DNA of 64,000 nt from Candidatus Heimdallarchaeota archaeon (GCA_030607575.1 JAUWJS010000001.1:3668-67667), one strand, 5' to 3'. Shown: positions 49,583 to 60,702, counted from the stretch's first letter. The notes: generated by a model not told the origin, from the letters alone. Numbers and translations: made by a program.

Positions 49583-50980
49583 CTAACTTTTAAGGAAGAA
49601 TATAAGAGACCAAGGATAGCGTACAGCTATCTTATCTACAACATTTTTAACTTTCGTTTTCTCAGAGGTTTCATCATAAAATAGGAGAGTAACTTTACCA
49701 CCACGACCTCTTTTCATCTTTTGGTAAACCGTTTTCGGAGAATTCACAAGGTCAAAAACGATTATCATTTCGGTATGAGGGATGTCTATATCTCTCTCTC
49801 CAACAGGCGACATAATAAGAACAGATTGTTTATTTGTCATCTTGAAATTTTCAAGAATCTTCACCTTATTTTTGATTTTACCTGTTACATTGAAAACTTC
49901 AAAATCCTCTTTTATTAGACGTTGCGATAGAGATTCGACTGTAGAAAGAAAGGAGCAAAGAATTGTGGTTTTTTGATATTCTTTAGCTATCTTGATTACT
50001 TCTAGTTCTTTACCGCTAATTTCAGGTAAATCATCTAGTTCACTTTTTTCAATTCCATATCTTGTTAAGTAATTTCGATAAGTATGTGCAGGCATTGAAT
50101 AAACATATTTCCTGAGGAGAAGGAGTCTATTTAATTTTTCAACAAGTTCTGTTTCAACAGAAAGAAGTGGAAGGTTATGGTAGAAATTTGAGCGTAATTT
50201 ATTACTGTCTTTTGGCGATGTTTCGCTAACCTCTTGAATTATTGTTTCCCTAATTTCTTCTATATTTTCAGTTAGTAAATTAATGATTCTAGCAGTTTTT
50301 GTATCTTCAACAGGATGAATAATGACTTCTGTATCCTGTATGTGCTCCTTAATGTCAGTATCAATGAAGTCTTCAATAGTAATTACTTTGCTATCTGGAA
50401 TAAATTCAATAAGCGTTTTCAATTCATTTCTTAATTGTAGTTGTTCGCCATCTAAGACTAAATGATCATCTCGGAGAGTACCACTCATTCCAACTATCTT
50501 GGCATCTAAATTAGGTATAAGTTTCCCCCAAGGGACACACAAAATTCTTCGATGAGACACTCTTTTTACGATTTGATCAACTTCATTGATGATAACAATC
50601 TCAATTCCTTCACTTAGCTCTGGAAATTTCTGAATTGTATTGGAAAATACAATAGGTAGAGATAAAATCACTCGATTGTTTTCAATGAGATATTTTCTGT
50701 ATTGGGAATTAGAACCACTTTTAATAGCAGCTAAGCCTTCTAATCCACCATATTCATTTTCAATGTACTTGACAGTTTCTTCTAATGATGAATGGGTTTG
50801 TAGAAAAACGACTACTTTCTGTTCCTTGAAAATCTCTGTAAGGAGACGATACATTAAAACTCGTTTGCCCATACCACAATCCAATTCTAGAATAACACTG
50901 TGATTTGATTCAATCAATGATGAAATCCTATCAACAATGAAATTTTGATATTCACGTGATTCTATGGCCAAACTAATCAC
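49583..50980 (-). CDS. SF2 helicase-like protein (Hef/XPB/RIG-I-like N-terminal REYQ motif) with degenerate Walker A and Walker B motifs.
   Basis: REYQ (Q-motif/RxYQ), motif I LDCGMGKRV (K followed by R rather than S/T), motif II INEVDQ (instead of DEVH/DEAD), motif III MSGT, motif VI QKMKRGRGGK. 465 aa. Confidence 0.45.
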   Translation of the reverse strand: MISLAIESREYQNFIVDRISSLIESNHSVILELDCGMGKRVLMYRLLTEIFKEQKVVVFLQTHSSLEETVKYIENEYGGLEGLAAIKSGSNSQYRKYLIENNRVILSLPIVFSNTIQKFPELSEGIEIVIINEVDQIVKRVSHRRILCVPWGKLIPNLDAKIVGMSGTLRDDHLVLDGEQLQLRNELKTLIEFIPDSKVITIEDFIDTDIKEHIQDTEVIIHPVEDTKTARIINLLTENIEEIRETIIQEVSETSPKDSNKLRSNFYHNLPLLSVETELVEKLNRLLLLRKYVYSMPAHTYRNYLTRYGIEKSELDDLPEISGKELEVIKIAKEYQKTTILCSFLSTVESLSQRLIKEDFEVFNVTGKIKNKVKILENFKMTNKQSVLIMSPVGERDIDIPHTEMIIVFDLVNSPKTVYQKMKRGRGGKVTLLFYDETSEKTKVKNVVDKIAVRYPWSLIFFLKS

Positions 50981-51041
50981 CTTCTTATTCAGATATTAGT
51001 ATTTAAAGGGAAGAATAAAGAAGTTCCTATCTTCAAACAAA

Positions 51042-51869
51042 CTAAAGCATATTATCCTTAATCTGCTGTTGTAAGATATTAAGCAACTTTGATGATGAAT
51101 CAGTTGTATGATTCAAATTTAGACCAATAGGAGATATACTAATACTATTTTGATTAACAACTGCCCAAGTATCTGTATTTTCCGGAAAAGATTCTTTCTT
51201 TTTTCCCCATAACCATAAATAGGTAAGTTTACGTGGATCCTTCTTCTCAACCATAAAATTTTCGTATTTGTAAAGAGTTGGAGTTGTAATATGTACCTTG
51301 GTTTCATCAGATATTTCTTTTGGATAATTAACATTTAGAAAGGCTAAATCTTTGGGCCAGTCTAATTCTAAAACTACAGCAACAATTTCTGCAGATATTT
51401 TAGCGATTTCAGCAAAATCAATACCTCTTTGGTCTATCATCTGAGAATCATCTGAAAGATCAGCTGAGAATGCTATCGCTGGAACATTGTTGAAGTATGC
51501 CTCAAAAGCTGCAGCACAAGTACCACTGGTAAGTATAGAGTGAATTGATGAGTTATCCCCATAATTTATTCCACTAACAACGATGTCTGGTTTTCTTTTT
51601 AAAACATGAAACCCAACTAATACATTATCAGCAGGGGAACCAGTTGTACTATATCCTATTGTTCCATCATCATAAGTTACTGGAAAATATCTTATGGGTT
51701 TGTGAAAAGTTAGTGCTTTTGAAACAGCAGAACTAGCTTCAGCAGGTGCAAAACATACAACTTGTGTAAGTTTACTTAGTTCATCCCTTAATGAATTAAG
51801 ACCTGAAGACTTTATTCCATCATCATTTGTAAGTAAAATTAGTTTGTTTTTCACATGCTTGTTTTTCAA
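51042..51869 (-). CDS. surE: 5'/3'-nucleotidase SurE.
   Basis: The N-terminal ILLTNDDGIKSSGL is the SurE signature; 275 aa. Confidence 0.8.
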   Translation of the reverse strand: MKNKHVKNKLILLTNDDGIKSSGLNSLRDELSKLTQVVCFAPAEASSAVSKALTFHKPIRYFPVTYDDGTIGYSTTGSPADNVLVGFHVLKRKPDIVVSGINYGDNSSIHSILTSGTCAAAFEAYFNNVPAIAFSADLSDDSQMIDQRGIDFAEIAKISAEIVAVVLELDWPKDLAFLNVNYPKEISDETKVHITTPTLYKYENFMVEKKDPRKLTYLWLWGKKKESFPENTDTWAVVNQNSISISPIGLNLNHTTDSSSKLLNILQQQIKDNML

Positions 51870-51964
51870 GATATTTGTTAAGTTTTGTCTTACGAAAGAA
51901 AATTTGATAAATCATAAGCTTAAAAATGTGAATGTTGAAAGAGTAAGACAAAGGTGTCAGTTCA

Positions 51965-54667
51965 ATGACAGAAAAGTATGTTTACAAATTTTTCGATAAA
52001 GAAGTCTGTGAAGGAAGCGCAGATATGAAAAACTTACTTGGTGGAAAAGGCGCTAATCTAGCCGAAATGACCTCATTAGGCTTACCTGTACCACCAGGAT
52101 TTGTTGTTTCTACTCAAGCCTGTCTTCATTTTCTAGCAAATGATGAGGAATATCCATTAGGATTAAAGGCAGAAGTAGATGAAGCTTTGGAAGCTTTGGA
52201 GAAGCATATGGGCAAAAAATTAGGTGACAATGAAGATCCATTACTTGTATCGGTTCGCTCTGGGGCGAGAATTTCAATGCCTGGTATGATGGATACGGTG
52301 TTAAACCTGGGTTTGAATGATGTTTCTGTTGAAGGATTAGCTAGTATCTCTAATGATCCAAGATTTGCTTATGATTCTTATAGACGTTTCATGTACATGT
52401 ATGCAGATGTTGTGAAAGGTGTTAGCAAAGTACATTTTGAGAAAGAGCTGGAAAAGCTCAAACATGAATTAGGTGTAGAAAACGATACAGAAGTACCAGC
52501 TGATGAACTTAAGAAATTAATACAGAAGTACAAATCGATTTACAAAGAGCATATGGGAGAGGAATTTCCTCAAGATCCAAGGAAACAACTAGATGATGCT
52601 ATTCGAGCTGTTTTCAGAAGTTGGAACACTAGAAGAGCAATTGATTATAGGAATCATCAAGGTATTCCACATGATTTAGGAACCGCAGTTAATGTTATGA
52701 CAATGATTTATGGTAATCTCGGAGAAACATCTGCAACTGGAGTTGCATTTACGCGTAATCCATCTGATGGTGAGAAAAAACTTTATGGTGAATATTTACT
52801 AAATGCACAGGGAGAAGATGTTGTAGCAGGAATTCGTACTCCAGTACCAATCAAAGATCTAGAAGCTACAATGCCAGATCTTTACAACCAGCTATTTGAG
52901 ATCTCTGAGTTGTTAGAGAAAAGATACCGAGATATGCAAGACATGGAATTCACTATCCAACAAGGTAAACTCTACATGCTCCAAACCAGAAGTGGAAAAA
53001 GAACAGGTATTGCTGCAAGCCAAATTGCTTATGATTTGGTAAAAGAAGGTGTAATAAGCAAGGAAGAAGCAATCCTTAGAATAGAGTCAAGTGATGTAGA
53101 AAACGCTTTGTTCCCCTCTATAGATTGGGGTGAAATAGATCCAAATGCACCAGTAAAACAAATTAAGGAACACATAAAGGATAAATTTCTTGGCACTGGG
53201 CTAGCTGCTGGTGCTGCTGCAGCAACTGGTAAAGCGATTTTTGACGCAGATAGAGCACAAGAAATTGCTGAACAAGGCCAAGATGTGATCTTAATAAGAG
53301 TTGAAACCACTCCTGAAGATTTCCATGGAATGGCTGCAAGTAAAGGTATTCTGACAATGAAAGGTGGTCTAACTAGTCATGCTGCAATTGTTGCTAGACA
53401 AATAGGTAAAGCTTGTATTGTAGGTAGTGAAAAGGGTGGAATATCTATTGATGTGGAGAAACGCGAACTTACTGCAAGTGGTTTAGTAGTTAGGGAAGGA
53501 GATTGGATTACTATCGATGGTGATGATGGGTCTATATATTCTGACAAATTACCCACTCGTCCCGCTGAATTACCAGAATCAATGAAAACTATTTTGGATT
53601 GGTGTGATGAAACCGCTAAAATTGGTGTGAAAGCTAATGCTGATAAACCTGATCAGTTCATAAAGGCTTTAGAGTTTGGAGCGAAGGGTATAGGCTTATG
53701 TAGAACAGAACACATGTTCTTTGATAATCTTGATTTAGTCAGGGGCATGATTTTGGCCAAAAATGACGAAGAAAGAAAACACTATGTTGATCAATTAGAG
53801 CCTGTTCAAGAAGAAGATTTTAGAGGCATATTTGACGTTTCAAAAGGTTATCCTGTTATTATACGTTTGATTGATCCTCCTCTACATGAATTCTTGCCAA
53901 GTGAAGAAGAATTAATGACTGAGATTTTTGAAGCAAAACTAGCGGGTAAGAAGGATGAAGATTTCAAGGAAACAGCTGATATGCTAGAAGTTGTAAGAGA
54001 AATGAAAGAACAAAATCCTATGCTCGGTCTGAGAGGTTGCAGACTCGGAATTACTATGCCAATTGTTACAGAGATGCAAGCTCGTGCAATATTCAAAGCA
54101 GCTGCTAAAGTTATCAAAAGTGGTAAAAAAGTACTTCCTGAGGTAATGGTTCCTCTTGTAGGGTTCCAAAAAGAATTCGAACACCAAAGAACAATTATTG
54201 ACCGTGTTGCCAAGGAAGTGATGCAAGAAGAAGGTATTGAATTTAAGTATCTTGTTGGAACAATGATTGAAGTACCAAGAGCAGCTTTGACAAGCAGTGA
54301 AATTGCAGGTGGAGACAAAGGTGCTCAATTCTTTAGTTTTGGAACAAATGATCTTCATCAAATGGCACTAGGTTTTAGTAGAGATGATGCTGGTCCATTT
54401 ATCTCAAAATATCTGGAAATGGGTATTCTTGAGTCTGATCCATTTGTTTCAATTGAAGAAACAGGTGTAGGTCGTCTGATGAAGATGACTGTAGATGAAG
54501 GAAAAGAAGTAAACCCAGACCTTGAACTAGGTATATGTGGTGAACAGGGCGGGGATCCACAATCTATAGATTTTTGTTACAGAATTGGTTTAGATTATGT
54601 ATCTTGCAGTCCATTTAGAGTACCAATAGCTCGTCTCGCTGCAGCTCGCGCCACACTGAAGAACTAA
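51965..54667 (+). CDS. ppdK: Pyruvate, phosphate dikinase.
   Basis: N-terminal LLGGKGANLAEMTSLGLPVPPGFVV, the phospho-His domain GGLTSHAAIVARQIGKACIVG, and the PPDK-specific C-terminus GLDYVSCSPFRVPIARLAAA. 900 aa, which is PPDK length rather than PEP synthase length. Confidence 0.85.
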   Translation: MTEKYVYKFFDKEVCEGSADMKNLLGGKGANLAEMTSLGLPVPPGFVVSTQACLHFLANDEEYPLGLKAEVDEALEALEKHMGKKLGDNEDPLLVSVRSGARISMPGMMDTVLNLGLNDVSVEGLASISNDPRFAYDSYRRFMYMYADVVKGVSKVHFEKELEKLKHELGVENDTEVPADELKKLIQKYKSIYKEHMGEEFPQDPRKQLDDAIRAVFRSWNTRRAIDYRNHQGIPHDLGTAVNVMTMIYGNLGETSATGVAFTRNPSDGEKKLYGEYLLNAQGEDVVAGIRTPVPIKDLEATMPDLYNQLFEISELLEKRYRDMQDMEFTIQQGKLYMLQTRSGKRTGIAASQIAYDLVKEGVISKEEAILRIESSDVENALFPSIDWGEIDPNAPVKQIKEHIKDKFLGTGLAAGAAAATGKAIFDADRAQEIAEQGQDVILIRVETTPEDFHGMAASKGILTMKGGLTSHAAIVARQIGKACIVGSEKGGISIDVEKRELTASGLVVREGDWITIDGDDGSIYSDKLPTRPAELPESMKTILDWCDETAKIGVKANADKPDQFIKALEFGAKGIGLCRTEHMFFDNLDLVRGMILAKNDEERKHYVDQLEPVQEEDFRGIFDVSKGYPVIIRLIDPPLHEFLPSEEELMTEIFEAKLAGKKDEDFKETADMLEVVREMKEQNPMLGLRGCRLGITMPIVTEMQARAIFKAAAKVIKSGKKVLPEVMVPLVGFQKEFEHQRTIIDRVAKEVMQEEGIEFKYLVGTMIEVPRAALTSSEIAGGDKGAQFFSFGTNDLHQMALGFSRDDAGPFISKYLEMGILESDPFVSIEETGVGRLMKMTVDEGKEVNPDLELGICGEQGGDPQSIDFCYRIGLDYVSCSPFRVPIARLAAARATLKN

Positions 54668-54699
54668 CATTCTTCTTTTTTCTTATTTTACATTTAACT

Positions 54700-55650
54700 T
54701 TAGAGTGATATTATACTATCAATACTATCTAAGAAAAATCCTACGTCTTCAATAAATTCAAATAAAAGTCGTACAAGATCTGATTTTAGAGAAGTCCTAT
54801 GCAATGCAATGAGTTCATCTAGCATCTGAATATTAGTTTTAGTATTTGAAAACTCTGTGTATATACCAATAATATCCTTTTCTTGAAGAGTGCTTAAAAG
54901 GGTTTCAAGAATTTCTAAAATGAAATAAATCTTGTTATTGATATCGCCTGACTCACCATAACTCTCTAGCATGATTTTTGTAGATATTTCCTGTGCTTTT
55001 GTTGCAACGTCTTCATAAGCAATGTCTAACATTTCAATGACTAAATCATCTATTAGGAGTTCATCTGCTTTTTCTTCAATGGGGACATCAGAAACCTCTA
55101 ACTTTTTAGTAGTTTCTTTAATCTCTTCATCTAGCCATTTAACGAAAGAAGGAGTTATAATCGGTTTACTTTCTAGAAGTTTATCTGCAGAAGTAAAATC
55201 TTCTTGTTTTGGTTTAAGATTGAAATACTCTTCTTTGATTTGTGAATGAGTTGTAAACTCAGGATAGTTATCATAAACGTATTCAATCAATTGACGTAAG
55301 CTGTAATTCTTGAAATCATAACAAAGATCTTGAATAACTTGGTCATATATCTCACCAAAATCGTTTTCCAACAAGTATTGTTCACCATATTCAGTAATTT
55401 GATAACGATGGAGAACTTCTGAACCTGTTTTTTCGACCTCCTCATGTTCTATATACCCATAATCAATAAGGTGTTGGATGTCTTGTTGTACAACTTGGCA
55501 ATAAGGACCAAATTTGAATGGAATGAAATCATATTCTGTCTTAATATGATAATTTTTTTCCAAAAGGAAGATCAATTTTTGAAACTGTACTCTCCCATTA
55601 ATAAATCCCATGTGTTTTAGAAGTAAAAGCAACGTTGCATAACGGGACAT
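54700..55650 (-). CDS. Panacea-domain (SocA-like antitoxin, DUF4065) protein with a long acidic helical C-terminal extension.
   Basis: N-terminal ATLLLLLKHMGFINGRVQFQKLIFLLEKNYHIKTEYDFIPFKFGPYCQVVQQDIQHL follows the Panacea consensus (K-L-Q-K-L-L-Y ... G ... F ... F ... GP-h-V). The C-terminal ~240 aa are Glu/Asp-rich helices. Confidence 0.35.
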   Translation of the reverse strand: MSRYATLLLLLKHMGFINGRVQFQKLIFLLEKNYHIKTEYDFIPFKFGPYCQVVQQDIQHLIDYGYIEHEEVEKTGSEVLHRYQITEYGEQYLLENDFGEIYDQVIQDLCYDFKNYSLRQLIEYVYDNYPEFTTHSQIKEEYFNLKPKQEDFTSADKLLESKPIITPSFVKWLDEEIKETTKKLEVSDVPIEEKADELLIDDLVIEMLDIAYEDVATKAQEISTKIMLESYGESGDINNKIYFILEILETLLSTLQEKDIIGIYTEFSNTKTNIQMLDELIALHRTSLKSDLVRLLFEFIEDVGFFLDSIDSIISL

Positions 55651-55722
55651 CTTATAATATTTACTTGAAATCAGTATTTAAACTCATAGAAACATAAAGG
55701 ACATGGTATTGAGGACTGTTTT

Positions 55723-56838
55723 TCATGAAATTACTCTATAAACAATTCTTTCATAATATCCAGTAATGACAATGACATAACCACTTAATAGACGATTTAA
55801 CTCTGTATCTCCTGAATCTACTAAAAACGGTCGACCATTTAATGAATTGATTTTATGGTTTGTTGCTATAACAAGAATATTGTCTTTTCCTACTTCTTTA
55901 ATCACGTTTGGGCTTAATTGTTGATTACCTCTACCAAATAAGAAACCTTGACCTCCAATAGGAGTAACAATTAATTTTGACTTCTTACCCTTTATGTGTT
56001 CAAGTAATTTCTTCTCATTTAGATCCTTTTCTATTAGTTTCTTTCCATGAAGAAGATCTACACCCAAAAGTGTAAAATCAAGTTTTAACTTCTCCATGAT
56101 AGTTCTGGTAGTAGTACCGGGTCCAACGATATAGAACCAATCATCTTCCATACCATCTATAATTTTTTGAGCTATCGCTTCTTGATAATATTTTTCAGTT
56201 GATGGACTTCCTGCTTTTAATCCCTGAGTATATCTTTTCTCAAATGGTATCCTCAAGTAACCATATAGTTTTGCAGATACAAACCCATTTCTGAATGCTT
56301 CTTCATCAATATCCATTACTTCAGCTTCTTTTAGCTCTTTCACTTTTCCCTGAAGATAAATCATTGCTAAGTCTCCAGCTCTCTCTGGATTGTGAGCGTA
56401 AACAGCTGAATGCATTTTAACACCAGTTGGAATGCCTACCACTATAACTTCAGTTCCAATTGAGTTGTAAATATCTCTTGCTGTACCATCCCCTCCAGCA
56501 AAAAGTAAAAGGTCGATTTTAAGCTTAAACAAGTCCTTACATGCTTGTTTAGTATCTTCTGATGAAGTCATTCCTTGAGTTATGGAACCTATAACTTTAG
56601 GATTAAAACTGCATTGATTTGCTACTTCTTCTCCCATTTCTCCAGGATAGGTAATTAGTTCAATTGCATTTTTGAGTGGAGTAAGTCTTTCTAATGCTTT
56701 AACAGCACGCTGCGGAGATACTTGTTCCGCACCCAAACGTTTAGCTTCTGCCAAAATAGCTTGGCCATCAGTTCCTTTAAGTCCAACTTTACCCCCCATA
56801 CCAGCAATGGGGTTTACAATTAAACCTATTTTCTTCAT
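55723..56838 (-). CDS. ATP-NAD kinase-like family protein (COG3199-type predicted kinase).
   Basis: N-terminal [24 protein letters not shown] and the internal [10 protein letters not shown] (GGDG-type) motif; 371 aa. Confidence 0.45.
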   Translation of the reverse strand: MKKIGLIVNPIAGMGGKVGLKGTDGQAILAEAKRLGAEQVSPQRAVKALERLTPLKNAIELITYPGEMGEEVANQCSFNPKVIGSITQGMTSSEDTKQACKDLFKLKIDLLLFAGGDGTARDIYNSIGTEVIVVGIPTGVKMHSAVYAHNPERAGDLAMIYLQGKVKELKEAEVMDIDEEAFRNGFVSAKLYGYLRIPFEKRYTQGLKAGSPSTEKYYQEAIAQKIIDGMEDDWFYIVGPGTTTRTIMEKLKLDFTLLGVDLLHGKKLIEKDLNEKKLLEHIKGKKSKLIVTPIGGQGFLFGRGNQQLSPNVIKEVGKDNILVIATNHKINSLNGRPFLVDSGDTELNRLLSGYVIVITGYYERIVYRVIS

Positions 56839-56860
56839 CTCGAACCATCTTTTGTAATTC

Positions 56861-58411
56861 TTATTTCTTGCTTTTCTTTAAGTATGCTCTCCAAGTAATA
56901 GCCCATCTTGCTGGATCATCCAATGAATCTATATCAATTTTATGGACCACACTTCTATGAGGTGCGGTCTTAACTAATTCTGGGTTTTCATACGCTTCTT
57001 CTACAACTTTTTTTAGTCCAGCGATATATTCGTCAATCTCAGCTTTGGAGTAAGATTCAGTGGGTTCTAGAGTAAAAGGCTGAGCAACAATGAAAGGATG
57101 ATGACTAGACCACATGTGAAAACCAAAGTCAACCATACGACAGGTTATGTCTTCGGTTGTAACTCCCGTTTCTTTGTAGAGTTCATTCCAACTATAACGA
57201 ACTTGCTCAATTCGGTGTCTTCCCTCTGCATAAGGCGCACTTGTGCCACGAAGTTCTAACACTTTCTTTAATAGATAGTTATTATTGAGTACAGCGACTT
57301 CGGATACTTCTCTTAATCCTTTACTACCTAAACTCATAATCCAAGAATATGCTTTCAATATTGCGGGAACTACTCCATAAAAAGCTCTAACTTTGCCTAT
57401 GCTTTTGGGAACGTCGAAATTGAAAAAGTACTTACTTTCGTCAAATTCAACTAAAGGAGTTGGTAGATATTTTATGAATTCTTCAGTTACACCAAGAGCT
57501 CCAGCTGCTGGACCACCACATCCATGAGGAGAAGAAAAGGTTTTGTGTAGATTAAAGAAACAAAGATCAAATCCCGCTTCTTTTGCTCTAGTAATCCCTA
57601 AAACTCCATTAGCGTTGGCTTGATCATAACCACACACTCCTCCAACCTCATGGACAATTCGTGTAAATTCTCTTATTTTAGGGTTAAAAATTCCTGTATC
57701 TTCTGGATTGGTGATTAATAATCCTGCAGTATGACTAGAGACAGCTTTCTCTAAAGCTTCAACAGCAGGTAAGCCGTCTTCATTCGGATAGATATTAACT
57801 ATCTTGTAACCTTTAACAATTGGTGCAGCAGCATCTGAAGGATGGGAAAACATTGTAGTAATAATCTCATCACGTTTTTCTGATTCGCCTGTTGCATCAT
57901 GGTGAGCCTGAATAATAGATGCAATAGCGAATATTGCTTGGCTTCCACCACCTGGTTGAAATGTAAATTTGTCTAAACCTGAAATTTCCCTCAGAAATAA
58001 ATCTAGTTTATAGATTATTTCTAGAATTCCTTGAACAGTGGTTTCATCTTGTGATGGATGAAGTTCAGTAAACTTTGGAGATGTAGCCAATTTTTCGTTT
58101 ATTTTTGGACTATATTTCATTGTACATGTTCCTTGCCCAATATCAACATTCAAATCAGCTCCTAGGGTTTGCTGTGATAATCGAAGATAGTGTTTTAGGA
58201 CTTGCATTTGAGAAATCTCTGGTAGATTAGGAGGTTGTTCTCTTACCATATTTTTGGGTAAATTAGAGATTCCATCACCAACAACTGTTTCTATCTCTTT
58301 CTCAATCTCAGGAAATAGAATTCCCCGTTCTCCTTTGTTACTTAGTTCAAAAATTACTGGTTCATCCCATTTAGCTTGGTGGAAATTTCTTACTTTGCTT
58401 TTCCTGCTCAT
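56861..58411 (-). CDS. gcvPB: Glycine dehydrogenase (decarboxylating) subunit 2 (P-protein C-terminal subunit).
   Basis: The PLP-Lys region [18 protein letters not shown] (NLHKTF signature). The probable start is the Met at 58411, directly abutting the gcvPA stop. The ORF track gives 58435. Confidence 0.9.
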   Translation of the reverse strand: MSRKSKVRNFHQAKWDEPVIFELSNKGERGILFPEIEKEIETVVGDGISNLPKNMVREQPPNLPEISQMQVLKHYLRLSQQTLGADLNVDIGQGTCTMKYSPKINEKLATSPKFTELHPSQDETTVQGILEIIYKLDLFLREISGLDKFTFQPGGGSQAIFAIASIIQAHHDATGESEKRDEIITTMFSHPSDAAAPIVKGYKIVNIYPNEDGLPAVEALEKAVSSHTAGLLITNPEDTGIFNPKIREFTRIVHEVGGVCGYDQANANGVLGITRAKEAGFDLCFFNLHKTFSSPHGCGGPAAGALGVTEEFIKYLPTPLVEFDESKYFFNFDVPKSIGKVRAFYGVVPAILKAYSWIMSLGSKGLREVSEVAVLNNNYLLKKVLELRGTSAPYAEGRHRIEQVRYSWNELYKETGVTTEDITCRMVDFGFHMWSSHHPFIVAQPFTLEPTESYSKAEIDEYIAGLKKVVEEAYENPELVKTAPHRSVVHKIDIDSLDDPARWAITWRAYLKKSKK

Positions 58412-59820
58412 TTTGATTCCTCCCTTTTTAAACATTCATCCACCGCTTGGACAAGTCTATCAATGTCTTCCTTAGTATGAATTTCAGTAACACAATAAAC
58501 TGCACAGTTACCTAGTTCTGGAAACTCTTTAGAAATATCTTTTCCACCAAAAATACCTTCTTTGAGTAAAGTCTTATTCACTTCTTTAACCGTTTTACTA
58601 GATGTGCTAAAATCTACAACAAACTCCTTGAAGTGAGATGACGCATAGAATGGAATGTTTACTCCTTCAATCTCTGAAAGTTTCTTTATAGCATATTGTG
58701 ACTTTTGCACGATTAATTGTCCTAATTCTTGCATACCTTGTGGTCCAACAAGAGCCAAATACACCCCTGCAGTAATCCCCCACAAAGCAGATGCTGTCCC
58801 AATAAATTCTTTACCTTCAATTCTATCATGGAAGGATGTTCGTTCATAAGTTACATCACCAAAACCATACTCGCCCTCAACAGCTGTAGTGGTTATTCCA
58901 AAAAGACGTGAAGGATATTCCATTACAAAACGTTCTTCATCCCTAGTAGCAATAAAACCTGCAAGACTTCCACCATATTGCATGTGCATACCTAATCCTT
59001 GAATATCTCCACATACAATATCTGCACCGTAGTTACTAGGAGGAATTAATATCCCCAGAGAAATTGGATCTATTCCTACAAGACTTAATGCACTATGTTT
59101 ATGAGCAATATCTGAAATAATCTTACCTTGATCTTCTATACAGCCATGATATGAAGGATTCTCAAAATAGATACCTGCTGTATTAGATGATATTTTTGCT
59201 TTTAAATCATCAATATCAAGTTTTCCAGTTTTTTTATCATATTTGACTAATTCAATTTTTATAGTAGGTTTACAGTAATTTCTGATTATTAGCAACCTAT
59301 CTGGTGAAATGGATTCTGCGACTAATACTTCAGTGCGTCTTGTAATTCTTGCAGCCATTCTTATAGAGGTACTAGCAGCTTGTCCCCAATCATATGTTGG
59401 TACATTTACAACATCCATATCTAGAAGTTCTCCCATCATACTAGCATATTCGAAAAGCGTTTGAAATCTTCCATGATCTTCGTAAGGTTCACCTGCATAA
59501 GCAGTCAAAAATTCAGAACGTTGATTGATCTCGTCACATATTGCAGGAACATAATGTTGCCAACAGTCTCCTCCTAAGAAACTAAGATTTTCTTGACATG
59601 TTTGATTTTTTGCTAATATTTGATCAACGTGTCTTTCTAGAGCATATTCAGAAACGAGAGGATCTGGTAAATTCATCTCACCCTTAAATCTTAATTCTTC
59701 AGGTATATCCTCATAAAGGGTGTCAATATCACTTACACCAATTTCTTTCAACATCTGTTGTTTTATTTCAGGAACGGAATTTGGAATGTAAGGGTGAACT
59801 ATTTTTTTCTTTTTGTTCAT
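58408..59820 (-). CDS. gcvPA: Glycine dehydrogenase (decarboxylating) subunit 1 (P-protein N-terminal subunit).
   Basis: 470 aa with conserved GcvPA blocks (YIPNSVPEI ... SFLGGD ... YQPEISQG-like region, GADIVCGD). It is directly upstream of gcvPB. Confidence 0.85.
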   Translation of the reverse strand: MNKKKKIVHPYIPNSVPEIKQQMLKEIGVSDIDTLYEDIPEELRFKGEMNLPDPLVSEYALERHVDQILAKNQTCQENLSFLGGDCWQHYVPAICDEINQRSEFLTAYAGEPYEDHGRFQTLFEYASMMGELLDMDVVNVPTYDWGQAASTSIRMAARITRRTEVLVAESISPDRLLIIRNYCKPTIKIELVKYDKKTGKLDIDDLKAKISSNTAGIYFENPSYHGCIEDQGKIISDIAHKHSALSLVGIDPISLGILIPPSNYGADIVCGDIQGLGMHMQYGGSLAGFIATRDEERFVMEYPSRLFGITTTAVEGEYGFGDVTYERTSFHDRIEGKEFIGTASALWGITAGVYLALVGPQGMQELGQLIVQKSQYAIKKLSEIEGVNIPFYASSHFKEFVVDFSTSSKTVKEVNKTLLKEGIFGGKDISKEFPELGNCAVYCVTEIHTKEDIDRLVQAVDECLKREESK

Positions 59821-59866
59821 AAACTAACCTCCAACACAAACTAATTTGAAATTTTTAAAACTCAAA

Positions 59867-60658
59867 TTAAGCTAAACCCCCACCATCAACAATTATAGAG
59901 GTACCAGTTACCCAACTGGAAAGCTCACTAGCAAGATAAAGCACTGCTTTAGCAACATCTACTGGGTCACCCACTCGATTGAGAGGACGATCAGCAGCTT
60001 CTTGCATGAACTCTTCTTCATCGACACCTAATTGTTTTGCTTCTCCCCGTAATAGCGGTGTGTCAATATCTCCAGGACATACACAATTGACTCTGATCCC
60101 ATGTTTTCCATGATCGATTGCCATTGCACGAGTCATATTTACTACACCACCTTTTGCTGCACAGTAAGCGACAGCATCGGATCCACCCTTAATCCCCCAA
60201 CCAGATCCATTGTTAATAATACTCCCCCCGTTGCCTTTAATCATAATAGGGATAACATGCCGAGAAAGCAAATAAATCGACTTCAAGTTAACATCAATTA
60301 TTAAATCCCAATCTTCTTCCTCCAAATCTAGAATAGTTTTTCGACGAATCACACCTGCGTTATTGAAAAGAATATCAATTTTCCCAAATTCTTTGTGAAT
60401 CACTTCAACAGTTTTCTTACAATCAGAATCAGAAGTTACATCACATATGAAAAACTTAGCTTTTCCCGCTGACTCATTAATTTGATTAGCGGCATTAGTA
60501 CCATTTTTTTCATTAATGTCAAGTAATGCTACAATTGCACCTGCTTCTGCAAGTAATTCTGCAGTTGCTAACCCGATGCCAGATGCTGCACCTGTAACAA
60601 GTGCAACTTTACCCTTCAAAGAAACCATGTTTGAAATCCGATTGTTTTTATTATTCAT
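59867..60658 (-). CDS. Short-chain dehydrogenase/reductase (FabG-like).
   Basis: GKVALVTGAASGIGLATA is the Rossmann TGxxxGIG motif. NNAG, and YCAAKGG (YxxxK catalytic dyad). Confidence 0.8.
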   Translation of the reverse strand: MNNKNNRISNMVSLKGKVALVTGAASGIGLATAELLAEAGAIVALLDINEKNGTNAANQINESAGKAKFFICDVTSDSDCKKTVEVIHKEFGKIDILFNNAGVIRRKTILDLEEEDWDLIIDVNLKSIYLLSRHVIPIMIKGNGGSIINNGSGWGIKGGSDAVAYCAAKGGVVNMTRAMAIDHGKHGIRVNCVCPGDIDTPLLRGEAKQLGVDEEEFMQEAADRPLNRVGDPVDVAKAVLYLASELSSWVTGTSIIVDGGGLA

Positions 60659-60702
60659 TGTTTTTACTTCCTTAATTGCTTTTAATCCAATAATTTACTA
60701 AA

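Noticed and set aside
53029-54361. Antisense ORFs (93-156 aa) within ppdK.
   Set aside because: They are contained in a confidently identified 900-aa CDS. Low-complexity Ser/Ala-rich translations are typical of antisense frames.
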